From NCBI RefSeq assembly GCF_009914755.1, contig NC_060927.1: a stretch of 64,000 nt of DNA; one strand, written 5' to 3'. Positions 33,255 through 56,623 of this stretch are shown here, one piece after another (within the stretch, counting starts at the first letter, position 1; the number at the start of each line of letters is the position of its first letter). Under the pieces are notes generated by a model, which did not search any database, had not been told where the DNA came from, and was given only the letters and a program-made list of their open reading frames with translations. This DNA is from the human T2T-CHM13v2.0 reference genome, Homo sapiens. The position numbers and the translations under genes are program-made.

Positions 33255-33430
33255 GATGTCTTAATACTTGCTATGCATCAGAATCACCTGTTGAGCTTTT
33301 TAAATACATCTATGCACAAGCTTTAGTTCAAATATACTGAATTTGAATCTCCAAAGGCAGTCTGGATATCTGTACTTGCACAAAGTTAGGTGGTTGATTT
33401 GGTTTTACAACTTGGGTGAAAATAACTGCA
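33255..33430. mobile_element. MER5-like hAT element
   Basis: tgcatcagaatcacctg...actgaatttgaatctcc motif. Confidence 0.55.
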
Positions 33431-34889
33431 ATATGCAAATGTAGATGTCAGCATGAGAAGCATTATTAATAGTGTATTTCAGTTCCAGTTTCTACTCATA
33501 AGTTTAGGAGGGCAAAGATCATGTCATTTAGCTCCCCATACAAACTCAGTTTCTAGGACAGTTCTGACACATAGTAAATGTTCAATCAACATTTAGTCAA
33601 CAAATAAATGACAGTTTTTTCTGGCTCTTCCTTTCTGGAAAGTAGGGTGAGAAATTATTATAAATTAGAGTGCCACAAGGAGAAATAAGAAGTATAGATT
33701 CCATTTACAATTTTGTCATTTATTGGCCATGTAACTTTAGTGGAACGTTGGATAAAGGTCACTAATCTTATCCATGTCCTGAATGTTTGTACTATAGCAC
33801 AAAAGTAATGATGAGACCCGCAAAAATATTATGATTGCCATGATTATTCTTTATAATAATGAAAGTATTTTTTTCCTAATATCCTAGGAATATTCTAGGA
33901 CAAGTGCTGACTTGAATATAACAATGGAAAAAAAAAAAACCCATAAGAAACGTCACATTAGAGCAAGAATCCTTTTATCCTTTTAGTTCAGGAAGCTACC
34001 TTTGCCAGAGTTTTACCTAAAGATACATCACAAAGGGCATGGTAATTCTCATTGTTGTCAATCCCAAAAGATAGTGTTGTACTCTTAGACTTCCTACTTT
34101 CCTTAAAATGCACATTAGATAATGTCACCCACAAATTCATGGTTCCTGAGGCAGGTTAACAAAATTTACCTTTAAATCGAAATTCTCACATATACTCACA
34201 CAAAACCACTTTGTATTTTAGGTCAGAACGTGTATGTCCCACCATATGATCTACTAACTATGTACTATCTAATTAAAACAAAAATCTGATTGAAAAGCTC
34301 CTAGGTAAATAGACTAATAAATTAATTCAAGTTTTTGCCACATCTTTTTTATGCCCCTGTTTTAATTTTGCCCTGTGGTTAAGTGGCCTTACTTTTTCTG
34401 TAGCCAATTAATTCTTGGATAACATTAAAGAATCTTTATCTCAATAAAAATACAATAATAAAGGACAGAAAAATATTATGAAAAGTATTAAGGATTCTAT
34501 AAATGAAAATAATTAACTGAATAAGTATATTTATAATGAAAGTAATATACAAATATATAACATATTAATACATAATTTTAATAATATATAAGGAAAAAGA
34601 ATTATTAATGCTCTTAAATAGGAATATTAAATAAAGGTGCTTTGAAGAAAAGATAAAGCTTACATAATGGTCTGAGCTATTAATGGGACAGAAATTATTT
34701 TACAAATGAGGAAAATGAGATACAGTGAAATCCAGTGATTTGCTATAGAACCTAGAGTTAGTTTGTGGCACAGCCAGCAAAAGAAATCAAATCCAACACA
34801 ATTCCTATAGTTTATGTGGCTTCAACTAACCTGAATTAAACTAAATCTAGCAAATATTTATTTAGTGCTAACATCCCACAAAATGCCAG

Positions 34890-34961
34890 TGGAGATATCA
34901 GAAATGGAATTTGTAACCTGTTACATGGAACACATATGCTCTACCACTGAGTTAAATTCTC
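34890..34961 (-). pseudogene. Degenerate tRNA-Ala-like copy (72 nt)
   Basis: Reverse complement aligns without gaps to a recalled human tRNA-Ala sequence at about 50/72; intact CTCAGTGGTAGAGC and ATCTCCA end; B-box decayed. Confidence 0.7.
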
Positions 34962-34966
34962 TGCCA

Positions 34967-41433
<6,467 letters not shown>

Positions 41434-41686
41434 AAATTGTCTGCCAACAGTATTTCTTATACTCAAAGCAGCAGGTTGTCTGTACTATTATACCTCTCAT
41501 TCAATTTCATTCTTCTAATTAAAGAAAAATTCTTAAACTAAAAATACATCTATTTTAGGTTTTCTATTAAAAATGGCTAAGACCTTTTCTACTCTATTAG
41601 CCTGGGAATTCCTTAAATGTAAGACTGTGTCTATTCTTTATATACTCAAAGCACCATAAATAGAACTTAATATAACCTGGTGATCA

Positions 41687-42068
41687 TTATGGACTGTTTG
41701 TGTCCCTGAAAACTCATATGTTGAAACCCTAACCTCTAATGTGATGGTGGAGACTTTGGAGGTGTAGATTGGGTCATGATGGTGGTGTCCTCAGGATGGG
41801 ATTAGTGCCCTTATAAGAAAGAAAGAAAGAAGGAAAAGACATGAAAGAGACAAGAGAGCTCCCTCTCCCTCTCCACACAAACACAAGCAGGAGGTCATGT
41901 GAGCACACAAGAGAGTGGCTGTCTGCAAGCCAGGAAGTGGGCCCCATGAGGAAGTGGATCTGTTGGCTTCTTGATCTTGGACTTCTTAGTCTCCAGAACT
42001 ATAAGAAATAAATGTCTTTAAGTCACCAAGTCTATGGTATTTTGTTACAGCAGCCTGAACAGAGTAAG
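41687..42068 (+). mobile_element. MLT1A-like MaLR solo LTR
   Basis: tatgttgaaaccctaacc...gggattagtgcccttataaga...ctccagaactataagaaataaat...ggtattttgttacagcagcc. Confidence 0.8.
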
Positions 42069-42973
42069 TCAAGTGACTGAGTTATTAATATCTGTCCATA
42101 ATTGACAACAGTTGTGAATCTGCTCAAGTTCTGATATAGTAGTAGGCCCAAATGTACATATAGCCAAGAACTCTTCTAAGGTAAAGGAGTTTCAGCCTTG
42201 TAGACTTATCACTTCTTATAAATTCTAAGATGAACCTCTGCTGTCAAAAGGTAAAAATAGTTTGCATATTAATATAATGTATTCATTAATGCCCAGTTCC
42301 ACTCTTCTCATTACTTATTTTTGGATTCCCACTTGCGGGTACCTAGTGAGGAAATATCATTTTTTAAAAAATCAAATGACAGCTTGGAGCAAAATAATCC
42401 TGCTACATTCCCCATATGGAGCTAAGAAACTGTCTTCAAACAGGGATGCCAAAAGAAGAGAGAAGCATGTAAGTAAACCGGACTTAGGGCAGGGCCCAGC
42501 AGCTAGAAGTCAAGGTAGTACTAAAGACATGTGAGCTTGTAGTTATTAGACAACTTGAAGATAGAGCCCAAAGGAGAGAGTAAACACTTTTAGGAAAAAC
42601 AAACAAGAAAACAAGCAAGAGACTGATTGATAATTGATAAGTATTACCAAAAAAACCTGAACAGATTTTAAAAGAGAGATTATAATATCTATATGTCAAA
42701 TGCATGCAGGTGCAGGCAATAAAGGTCAGAAGATGACCACGAATAAGAACCAGAAAGGCACCTAGAATCAGTGTGTAAATGAAGAAAAAGTTAAATTTAG
42801 AAGGCAGTCAGAAGCTAGGCATTCAGACAAAGCTTAAGAGGACCTAAATCTGAAGCTAAGTAAATAAACTGGAAATATGTTGTGAGGGTGGAAGCAAACA
42901 GCAACTTTTAAAGCGCCTTTCAATAAGGAAAATCAACTTAAAGTTAGAGAACTGTGTTTAAAATTACTTAAAG

Positions 42974-43511
42974 CAGTGGTCTCTAACCTTTTTTGCACCA
43001 GGGACCGGTTTCATGGAAGATAATTTCTCCATGAACTAGGGGGTCAAGGGGAAGGATGTTTTGGGGATGATTCAAGCCCATTACATTTATTGTGTGCTTT
43101 ATTTATATTATTATTACATTGTAATACATAATGAAATAATTATACAACTCACCATAATGTAGAATCAGTAGAAGCCCTGAGCGTGTTTTCCTGCAACTAG
43201 AGAGTCTCATCTGAGAGTGATGGGAGACAGTGACAAATCATCAGGCATTAGATTCTCATAATGAGCCTGCAACCTAGATCCCTCACCTGCACAGTTCACA
43301 ATAGGATTTATGCTCTTATGAGAATCTAATGTTACCGCTGATCTGACAGGAGGCAGAGCTCAGGCGGTAATGTGAGCAATGGGGAGTGGCTGTAAATACA
43401 GATGAAGCTTTGCTCACTCACTTGCCCGTCACTTACTTCCTCCTGTGTGGCTGGGTTTCTGACAGGCCATGGATGAGTACTAGTCTGTGGCCTGGGGGCT
43501 GGGGACCCCTG
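42974..43511. mobile_element. MER1A-like hAT element
   Basis: Termini cagtggtctctaacc and ggctggggacccctg; about 540 bp. Confidence 0.8.
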
Positions 43512-43725
43512 ACATAAAGAATAATGCAATAAGTACCTAAAAGTATCTAGTTATTCATATTTTTAATATCTTATACCCAATTATGTACTTATTAAACATA
43601 GTAATTAATGATTAATAATTATGCTTTTTCAACTTTATTAGTCTTGTTTTAAGAGAATGAGCATACCTGAAACAAATATCATGCTGAATTTTGAATGATT
43701 TTTACTCATGAGTAATCTAACTCTA

Positions 43726-44180
43726 TAGTGTTGCCGTCCAATAGAAATATAATGTGAGCCATCTAGATAATGTTAAGTTTTCTAGTAGCAATGTTTTTAA
43801 AGAGTAAAAAGAAATAGGTAAAACAAATAACAATATATTTTATATTAGCATTTTTAGCATGGAATATATATAAAAAATTTTTGGTATTTCTTTGAAATCT
43901 GGTGAATATTTATACTTGGAGCAGATCTCTTCTTGGAGGCTAAATTTTCATTAGAAATTCTTGGTATGTATTTAGATTTTATAAAACTTACAGTTGTAAA
44001 AGTAGATTCACATACTCAAGTTGTTCCAAACACACTTAAGTTTCCTAACAGAATTGATCATCAATTTTTAAATTTAAAATAATTAAAATTAAATAAAATT
44101 TTCAGTCTCAGTTACAAAGGTACATTTCAATTGCTCAACTGATACACAGGGTTAATGGCTACCATATTATACCATGCAGA
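43726..44180. mobile_element. MER33/Charlie-like hAT element
   Basis: gtccaatagaaatataatgtgagcca start; atggctaccatatt end. Confidence 0.55.
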
Positions 44181-44942
44181 ACAGACCATGAGGCCATGTA
44201 CTAGACATCACTACTTAAATTATTTAAATGGCAGGGAGAGCACCTAGCAAATTCATCTCTTCGAGATGACAAATATTTATTAAAAAATTAAAAATGGCCT
44301 CAACTTCTTTGCCTTCAGTTTTCTTCATCCATCTAGCATATTGAGCCATAATTCCTCAATTTGCCCAAATACATTGCATCTATGTCAGACATCTCTAAGG
44401 CTCTGAACACAGCCTTCAGATATTATCTCTACACCACATCCCTAGGAAAGCTCATCCTCTAGTATGCTCCTCTTCAAAGTTTTAATTAGCATTCATAAGA
44501 GGACTTTCCAACCTATAGCCATAGTCCTGATCTCTCAATCCAACTTCAATTCCATCCTAGACATTTCCACTTGAAAATGCAACTAACTTCAAAGGGATTG
44601 CATCCTTTTTCCCAGTTTTTACCTCTGGCTTATCACTTCTCTTAAACATCTGTAGGGCCTTGAAACCTTAGACTCAACTTAGACTCATCATTAATATATT
44701 ATATATTATCTGTATAAAGCAGTGTCTGATAGTACACCTTTTATATTCTTACAATTTTTTTCTTAATATTTCATTTGACCCTCTATTTTTCCAAAGTCAT
44801 AGTGAGTCAAGACACTTATTACCTTAGTTCTTCTAGCTTACTACAATAATTTAAAATGGTCTCTTCTTCCGCTCTCTCCAGCATACTCTTATGTCTCCTC
44901 AAAAAAAAAAGCCTCTTCACTATCGTAGAATCAAGTTCAAAC

Positions 44943-45245
44943 TTTTTCTGTTTTTTCCTTTTTTTCTTTTTTTCTTTTTTTTTAAAGAGATAGGATCTTG
45001 CTCTGTTGCCAAAGCTGGTGTGCGGTGACGTGATCATAGCTCACTGCAGCCGTGAGCTCCTGGGCTCAAGCAATCCTCCTGCCTTAGCCTCCTGAGTAGC
45101 TAGGAAGACAGGCATGTGCAATCACACTTGGCTAGGTCTTGCTATGCTGCCCAGGTTGGTCTTGAACTCCTGGGGTCAAGTGATCCTGCCATCTCAGCCT
45201 CCCAAAGTGCTGGGATTATACAGGCGTGAGCCACTGCATCTGGCC
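44943..45245 (-). mobile_element. AluJ
   Basis: T-rich tail and antisense dimer with deleted linker. Confidence 0.85.
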
Positions 45246-45504
45246 TTCAATCTTTCTGAATGAGAATACTCTATCTAACTCTGGTAGGAATCTGCACTGG
45301 GACTCAAAGATGTCATACTTATTCCTCTTTCCTGGTCTTGTCCATTTCCGCTGCCTGTAATGCCCTCATATTTCCAAATCTCATCCATGCTTTAGAGATA
45401 GATAGACCAGGTACCATTGGCTCCACAAAGCTTTTTGGAATCACTCTTGTTCACATTGGTTGTTCCCTACTCTTCCCCTTTATAGAACTTACTTTCCTGT
45501 TAGT

Positions 45505-45675
45505 TGTGGGCCAGAAAATATTTTAGGCATTATAGTCTCTAGAAACTACTGAACTCTGTGGCTATAGTGAAAGTAGTCATGGATAATATAAACAAATAGG
45601 TGCAGCTGTGTTCCAATACAACTTAATTTTTAAAAATAAGCTGGATTTAGCCCACAGGCCATAGTTTGTTGACCT
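45505..45675. mobile_element. MER58A-like element
   Basis: gggccagaaaatattttaggc...ggatttagcccacaggccatagtttgttgacc. Confidence 0.6.
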
Positions 45676-45809
45676 AAGCTTTTGCTGACCAAATGTATAA
45701 ACTCGGGAAAAAATATAAAAAGCAACTGTTTGAAGGTTTTAGATAGCAAGCAAAGGCACACAGACATGATCCTGAAATAAAATGTACTGACTGAAATCTA
45801 AATTTATCT

Positions 45810-46305
45810 TGTGTGATTGTCAAAGATATTCTGGGTGTTTCTGTAAGGGTATTTTTAGATGAGTTTAACATTTAAATTTTTAGTCTGAGTAAAGCAGATT
45901 GCTTTCCTTAATGTGGGTGGGCCTCATACAATCAGTTGAGGGCTTGAGTAGAACAAAAGATTGACCCTCTCCCACATAAAGGGAAATTCCTCTTGCCTGA
46001 CTGCCTTTGAGTTGGGACATCAGTATTTCCTGACTTCAGACTCAAACTGAAACACTGCTTCTTCATGGATCTCGAGTCTGCTGGCATTTGGACTAGCACT
46101 ATGCTATCAGTTCTCCTGATTCTAAGGCCTTTAAACTCAGACTATACCATCAGCTCTCCTGGGTCTCTAGCTTACCAACTGCAAATCTCAGGACTTGTTA
46201 GCTTCCATAATTGCCAATTCCTTATAATCAAGCACTTTCTCTTTCTTTCTCTCTCTCCATATATCTTCTATTGGTTCTGTTTTTCTGGAGAGACCTGACT
46301 AATAT
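45810..46305 (+). mobile_element. MLT2-like ERVL LTR
   Basis: ctgggtgtttctgtaagggtatttttagatgag...ttggttctgtttttctggagagacctgactaata. Confidence 0.75.
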
Positions 46306-46379
46306 GCCTGGCTTTTCCCAGTGTGTGTTTATCAACATAGGGAAAGAGTTCAAATAAGAAGTTGCAGTAGAACTTGGCT

Positions 46380-49560
<3,181 letters not shown>

Positions 49561-50030
49561 CATGTATAGCATCTAGCATAATGCAACCAAGAAATACTTG
49601 AAAAGACCCCTATGTTTGGGTTGAATATTTTGACTGGAGAAGATATGAGAGATCAAATAGGAAGTTCACCTTTATTCTTCACTACTGGAGCTACTTAGAA
49701 AAGCCCTAGCCCTAGAGAACATACTTTCCTCTACTGTTAATTTAAGTAAAAAGTATGTTTAGAAAGATGTTATGGAAATAATTGTCTATGGGTGCTGCCC
49801 AACAAGTAAAGTAGCAAGGCAGATCCTTCAAAAAATCAAATGGCAAGCTTCAGTCAGCATTAAAAATTTTTCAAACATAGAGATGATTTTTGGAAGGTTG
49901 TAACTTTGAAAATGTTTAAATTCACTACTTTAATTGTACTTTCAGCCAAATATTGCACATTTAAAAAATAACAGAACAGCTTCTTAAGAATTAAACTGAT
50001 TTAGCTACAAAAGACTAAATAAACACATAC

Positions 50031-50160
50031 CTTAGCTGCATTGATAAAACATGTTTGTAATTGTCTCCCCAAAACTAGAAAATTTTCTGCAGCTGATGGA
50101 AGTAATTCATTGTAAAATTCCTCTGCATCTTCTCCTGGCTCCAAGCCCACACAGCAATGG
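50031..50160 (-). CDS. IQCB1: IQCB1 exon 5 (130 nt)
   Basis: HCCVGLEPGEDAEEFYNELLPSAAENFLVLGRQLQTCFINAAK (ORF track 50001..50213); tttcag| and |gtatgt. Confidence 0.96.
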
Positions 50161-50980
50161 CTGAAATAAGAGCACAAGTTCGTGTTAATTAGAAGTTTAT
50201 GTTGAATGCTCAAGCTTCTAGAGACACTGTGCCTTATTGAGAATTTTTAGTATGCTTCTTTTGTTACCAAGACAATAAAGAATTTTTGTTGAAAAATTAG
50301 TCTAACAACTTTCTAGAAAAGTAAACAGTGGTATGGACCATGCTTGTACTTAGGTCTGGGATTTATGTATCCTAAAAACCTACATATCAGCTCATTCAGC
50401 AAATAAAAGACACTTGGCTCACAATAAAGAGAAGCTAAGTTTTCAGTGAATTGGCTATAATCATTCTCAAAGCTATAGGATACCTTGAGAGTTTAATTTA
50501 TGAAAAGCATTTGTGTTAACTAATACATTTTAGACACCTAATAGCTGAAAAATGCCCAAGTAGGATTTGTTTGCAAGGGATACATAAGGAAACCAAACAC
50601 TAATTTCATACCAATTTTACCTTCCAATAGATCTACTTTTTGCAAAATACTCATTTGCATATTCCTTATATCAGAAGGACAAACGGCAAAACCTAACTCT
50701 AGTAGGAACACTTTACAATATACATTAGAGGAGAGAAAGTCACTTAGAGAAAAAGGTCCTCTTAAAATTGTACATAAAAGTCATTTCCTGTACATAAGTC
50801 AGAAGTCCCAATAATAAAAGGTTTTTCTGTAAACTAACATTCAAAAGAGCCTCAAACCCAAGAATGGTCTCTATGTGTGTACTCTAATGAACAAAAACTG
50901 CTGTTTGAGTCTTTTCAACAAAATGTATGGACACTAATAAGCAATAACAACTATGTATTGAGCATGTTAAAAATCTAAGT

Positions 50981-51259
50981 AATCAATGGCAGACTGGATA
51001 AAGAAAATGGTATATTTCTTTGGGGTGGTACATATACACCATGGAATACTATGCAGCCATAAAAAAGAACAAGATCATGTCCTTTGCAGCAACATGGATG
51101 GAGCTGAAGGCCATTAACCTAAGTGAACTAACACAAGAACAGAAAGCCAAACACTGCATATTCTCACTTATAAGTGAGAACAAACATTGAGTATGCAATT
51201 TACCTATAAAACAAACCTCCACATGTACCCCTGAACCTAAAATAAAAGTTAAAAAAAAA
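50981..51259 (+). mobile_element. Truncated L1 3' end with internal deletion (old L1PA/L1PB-like)
   Basis: catatacaccatggaatactatgcagccataaaaaagaac...cccctgaacctaaaataaaagtt; near-TSD aaaa(t/c)ctaagt. Confidence 0.8.
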
Positions 51260-52449
51260 CCTAAGTGGATAATATTTACATGTATCACTTTTTGTTGTTG
51301 TTGTTGTTTATTTGCACCTGGGTTCCTAAAGTTAATGGGCTAATGCTCACATGTATCAGCTTTTCTTTTCTCTTTGGTTCCTAAAGTTAATTACTTAAGA
51401 GTATCTTTTTTGATTGAGAAGATTAACAAATGAAATTATGTTTATTTGTGCATTCAGAAACATGGGAATTTCTTAAGTCTTGAATTCCACCCGAGAGCCT
51501 GGCTTAATCAATATCATCATAAACTAGCATATCGAATCAAAACAAAAACATAAGGCTTTATTTACTTAAGAAAATCAATCTTGAAAATTAAAGTATGAAA
51601 AAGAATATCACATATATTTTTCAACTGTTCTTTGTAACTGTGTACTTTAAATTTGGCCTTTACCAAGTAACACAGTAGGATTAAGCAGCTTAGAAATCTA
51701 GCATCCAAGACAAACCCTTTCAGTGGGAATAGCTTATTAAATTCAAATGGCTTATTTAGGAAAAACAAAAAAAGAAGGCTAGGATCCAGTTAGTAAATAC
51801 ACACTTTCACTTATTAATCAGGAAGTAGCTTAGGCACTAAGAACATCTGGTTTATTTTACTACCTCCTTTAAAAAATGTTTATTTCTCTTCTATTAATTT
51901 CTAGCATGGCAGTAGATCAGTAAATTCTACTTCTAAATTTTATTGACAGTATTTGGGTTGCTTAATGAAATACACAGTTGATAGCTACATTGATATAGTG
52001 AAATAAAATGTTTCTTTATCAGTTCTCCTATAGTACTTGCTTGCATACTTTCATTTTAGCACTGATTTCATTCTGCTTTGTATCATATACTTACATGACT
52101 GTCACCCAATCTCTATTTTAAGTTTCTCAGGTACAGAGCCAGTGCCTTAATTTCTTCACTTCTTTAAAAATTCCTTAATCAATAAAAAGTATATTAGGCA
52201 CTTGGAATTCAGTGGTGAGAAAAAAAATGATCACCATCTTCATTAAGCTTGTGGAGGAAAATTTTAGACAGTCAAATAATCTGAAGTAAAATTATGAATA
52301 ATAACATATAATATGAAGGAAAAGTACAACCAAAACCTACAACAGGAGGTTGCCAATGCTTGTTAGGCAGATAAATAAAAAGCAAATGTTGAAAATCAGA
52401 ATCAACTACTACATCCCTCAAGAACAGCTGACTTACTGCTTTATTTTAC

Positions 52450-52612
52450 CTTAATATCTGTGTAAGCTGGGAAATTGTAGTCCAACCACCCTGGATTCGA
52501 GAATAATCTTGACTGAGGACCAAGAGGCAATATTGAATGAGATCATAACAATATATATCTTGTTTGATTTTCTTCAACTCTGAGCTTCCTAAAGGTGTGA
52601 TGTTTATTATTT
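52450..52612 (-). CDS. IQCB1: IQCB1 exon 4 (163 nt)
   Basis: IINITPLGSSELKKIKQDIYCYDLIQYCLLVLSQDYSRIQGGWTTISQLTQIL; ccttag| and |gtaaaa. Confidence 0.96.
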
Positions 52613-52840
52613 CTAAGGCAAAAGGAAATAAGATATATTTATTTTTGCTTAATACATCCGGGAGCTATTTGTATTTTTATATGTTGAATAATCACTAAAA
52701 ATATATTAGAAGGAAAAATTACTGTTCTATTATAGTGTTAAGACCTCTCTGAACAAATTTAAAAGAAATGTTAAAATTGTACCAACGATGGAACCATTTT
52801 TCACTTAAAATGCTATCTAATCACAAAAAGATTTTCTTAC

Positions 52841-52940
52841 CTTTTAACTTCAACAGTATAACAGGGACATTCTGCTCAGGGCTTTTTGCAACTTCAGCAG
52901 CTATAGATAAGATCCTTGGGTCTGTACCTGTTGGCTTCAT
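52841..52940 (-). CDS. IQCB1: IQCB1 exon 3 coding part (exon 52952-52841; ATG at 52940), codons 1-34
   Basis: MKPTGTDPRILSIAAEVAKSPEQNVPVILLKLK; acceptor atatag|GTAATA, donor AAAG|gtaaga. Confidence 0.96.
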
Positions 52941-53297
52941 TTCTCTTATTACCTATATTTTAACAGAATCAGAGAATAAAGGTCAAAAAGCCAGGAAATG
53001 TTCACTACCTAAATAATGTTTGAAATATAATTTCAATATAAATAAAAACAGCTTTTCTTGCCTTGTTTGAGAGGCAGAATGTAGATTTTTTCATTTCTTC
53101 CTTATAGAAAACTGGTTTTTCTAACCAGTGTAAAAGAGCTCAAGATTCCTATACCTCACATGTAACAGCTATAGCAGGTATTGTTTATTGTGCACTCACT
53201 AAGAGTCAGGAACTGTGATAGGAGCTTCACATTCTCTCTCTAATCTGCACAATAATTCTAGGATAGGAATTAACTTCCTTTAATCACACAAGAAGAA

Positions 53298-53835
53298 CTG
53301 CAAAAAAGAGCTAACATGACAGGCCTAAGACTACTATACTTTCAAAGGTGTGCTTACAAGGTTGGCCTTTGACTGGCATCTAGAACTTAGATTTCAGGAG
53401 GGTTTCTGCCATTCTCTGGTAAGAGTGGCTCCCTGTGCCTAAAACTGTTTATGAAAAACAATGTGGTTCATGCTGAATACCCGCCTTCCTTCCAGGAGTC
53501 TTAGAATTCTGGTACATGCCAGTCGAGAGTACCTATACAGAGGGTGCCTATGTGGCCATCCTCCAATAAAAATTCTGATCACTGAGTGTCTAGTTGAGCT
53601 TCCTTGGTAGACAACACTTCAAACATGTTGTCATAGCTGGTTGCTGGAGGAATTAAGCATATCCTACGTAACTCCACTGGGAGAGAACTCAGAAGTTTGT
53701 ACCTGATTTCCCCCAATATGCTTTTTCCCTTTGCTGATTTTGCTTTATTTCCCTTCACTGTAATAAATCATAGCTGTAAGTACACTATATTCTGAGTCCT
53801 GTGAGCCCTCCTAGTGAAGCACTGACCTTCAACAC
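53298..53835 (+). mobile_element. MER68-like ERVL LTR
   Basis: Start tgcaaaaaagagctaacatgacaggcctaagac...caaggttggcc resembles the recalled MER68 consensus. Confidence 0.6.
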
Positions 53836-53855
53836 ACTAATGCTCAGAAATGTTA

Positions 53856-54217
<362 letters not shown>

Positions 54218-54315
54218 TAAATAGTATATTGAATAAAATCAATTCTCCTAACATTAAAAAACAAGGTCCACATCCTAATTTGTTGCTAAAACTTTCTCTA
54301 TGTAAAAAAAGTTTA

Positions 54316-54394
54316 AGGCTGAAGAATCGCTTGAGAATTGGTGTTCAAGACTAGCCTGGTCAACAAAGCAAGACCCTGTCTCTAAAAAAAAAAA
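54316..54394 (+). mobile_element. Truncated Alu monomer
   Basis: aggctgaagaatcgcttgag...gaccctgtctct and A tail. Confidence 0.7.
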
Positions 54395-54562
54395 GTTTTA
54401 AAGCATTTGAAGCTCAAAGATATCCTTATATAATAAAAGCGTATTTCCTTATTTATAGTAAAGCTAACATGTATCAACTGTTTAATATAAGCTAAGCACT
54501 ATGTTAATATACTATACACTGTCTTGTGTAATCCTCACAACAGGGCTATGAAGTAGATAGAG

Positions 54563-55760
54563 CGTGTGATCATTTCCATACATACATATATACATATACA
54601 TATATATGTTTTTGTCCACAGTTTCTGGCTCATAACTCCCATAGCCTTTGTTACAGTCTTGTTATGTTAGGGTGCTTTAGGCCTCAGAAAACAGAATCTA
54701 TTTCTGACTTCCTCCTCTCCTCCTTTCACCTGCTCCTTCTCTCCAAAGCAGAACTCTAATCATCCCTGCCTTTCTCTGACCTATCTTGTCTAGCTGTAGG
54801 TCATAAGACCCCTGTTTCAGAATGGGTCTTGCCCTATATCCTGGAAGGAATGCTGAACAGAGAAGCCAAGAAGAATCTGAGCAGACAGGCCTTGCTGGGT
54901 TTCCCCACTCAGTCTATTAGTATCAGATCATATCTTTTTTGTCCAATCACATTTCCAAAATGATTGTCCATGCTTCAGTCATGCCTATCCATTGAAATCT
55001 CCATAAAAGGCTCAAGAGGATGGGGTACAAAGAGCTACTGGATAGCTGAACATGTGGAAGTTCCTGGAGGAATTTCCTGGATATCACAGGCAGGGAGGAC
55101 ACGGAAGCTCTGTGCCCCTTCCCATACTTCACAGTATGCATCTCTTCATTTGTATCCTAGTATTTTTTTTTTTTTTTTTTTTGGAGACAGGATCTCACTC
55201 CTGTTGCCCAGGCTGGAGGACAATGGTACAATTATGGCTCACTGCAGCCTAGACTTCTCAGGTTCAGGTGATTCTCCCACCTCAGCCTCCCAAGTAGCTG
55301 GGACTACACTTGCAAGCCATGACGCTCGGCTAATTTTTGTATTTTTAGTAGAGACAGGGTTTCTCCATGTTGCCCAGGGTCTCTGTAATATCTTTATAAT
55401 AAACTGGAAAACATGTTTCCCTCAGTTTTGTTAGCTCCTCTAGCAAATTAATACACCCCAAGGTGTGTATTAATAGGATTCCTCATGTGTAGCTGGTCAG
55501 TCAGAAGCACAGGTAAAACAACTTAGGGCTTGGATTGGCATCAGAAATGGGGGTCCCTCTTGCAGGACTAAGCCCTAAACCTAAGGGATCTGACCCTATC
55601 TCCAAGTAGACAGTGTCAGAATTGAATTAGATGATACCCAGCTGGTGTCCGCTGCAGAATTGATTGCTTGCTTGTTGGTGGAAGAAAACTCCACACATTT
55701 GGTCACAGAAGTCTTTTGTGTTGATTGTCATGATGTGAGAGCAAAAACTGTTTTTCCATT
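54563..55760 (+). mobile_element. MER21-like LTR containing a partial Alu (55163-55379, minus)
   Basis: ctggctcataactcccatagcc...gctggtgtccgctgcagaattgattgcttgcttg...cacacatttggtcacagaagt. Confidence 0.65.
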
Positions 55761-56320
55761 CATATATCTCTTATTAGGTACAATATAAATCATTAAAAGA
55801 CAGGTTTGCTGAAAATACCTTAAAGAAAGCCCAGTGCAACTCCCGGCACATAGTAGTCACAAAACTTTCAAAGAGAGTGCATATAGTTATCTCATTCTCT
55901 CCAAATGGCTGCATTATGCTACATTTCCTTTTAAGAATGCAGCAAAATATATTTAAACATCACCTCTACTGGAGGTCACTCAAGCTGTATGCTATTACAA
56001 GCAACACTGCAATGAATATACACATGATCCTTTACATTTTTGCCAATCTGTTAGATGAAAATTGGTATGATTGTGTTTTAATTTGTATTTCTTTGATTAT
56101 TAGGGATGTCAGGCACATTTCGTGTTCACTGGCCATTATTTCTTTTATGTATTTTCTATTCATATCCCTTGACTATATTTCTATCGGTTTGTCTTATTCT
56201 TTTGCAGAAGCTTTTCATACATGGATAGGAATCTTTTCTCTTTTATATTGGCTGTAAAATTTTCTCCTTGTCATTTATTTTTTTAAATTTGACTATGGGG
56301 TCTTTACCATAATTTTACAA

Positions 56321-56623
56321 TTTTTTTTTTTTTTTTTTTTTGAGAGAGAGTCTGACTCTGTTTACCCTGGCTGCAGCGCAGTGGTGCAATCTCAGCTCAC
56401 TGCATCCTCCACCTCCTGGGTTCAAGTGATTTCATGCCTCAGCCTCCCAAGTAGCTGGGATTACAGGCGTGTGCCAGCGTGCCCAGCTAATTTTTGTATT
56501 TTTAGTAGAGATGGGGTTTCACCATGTTGGCCAGGCTGGTCTTGAACTCATGACCTCAAGTGGTCTGCCCACTTCGGCCTCCCAAAGTGCTGGGATTACA
56601 GGCATGAGCCACAGCGCCCAGCC
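56321..56623 (-). mobile_element. AluSx-like
   Basis: Antisense dimer; TSD attttacaattttt. Confidence 0.92.

Noticed and set aside
51277-51392. Imperfect direct repeat (acatgtatca...ggttcctaaagttaat twice)
   Set aside because: Short, low-complexity local duplication with no functional cue
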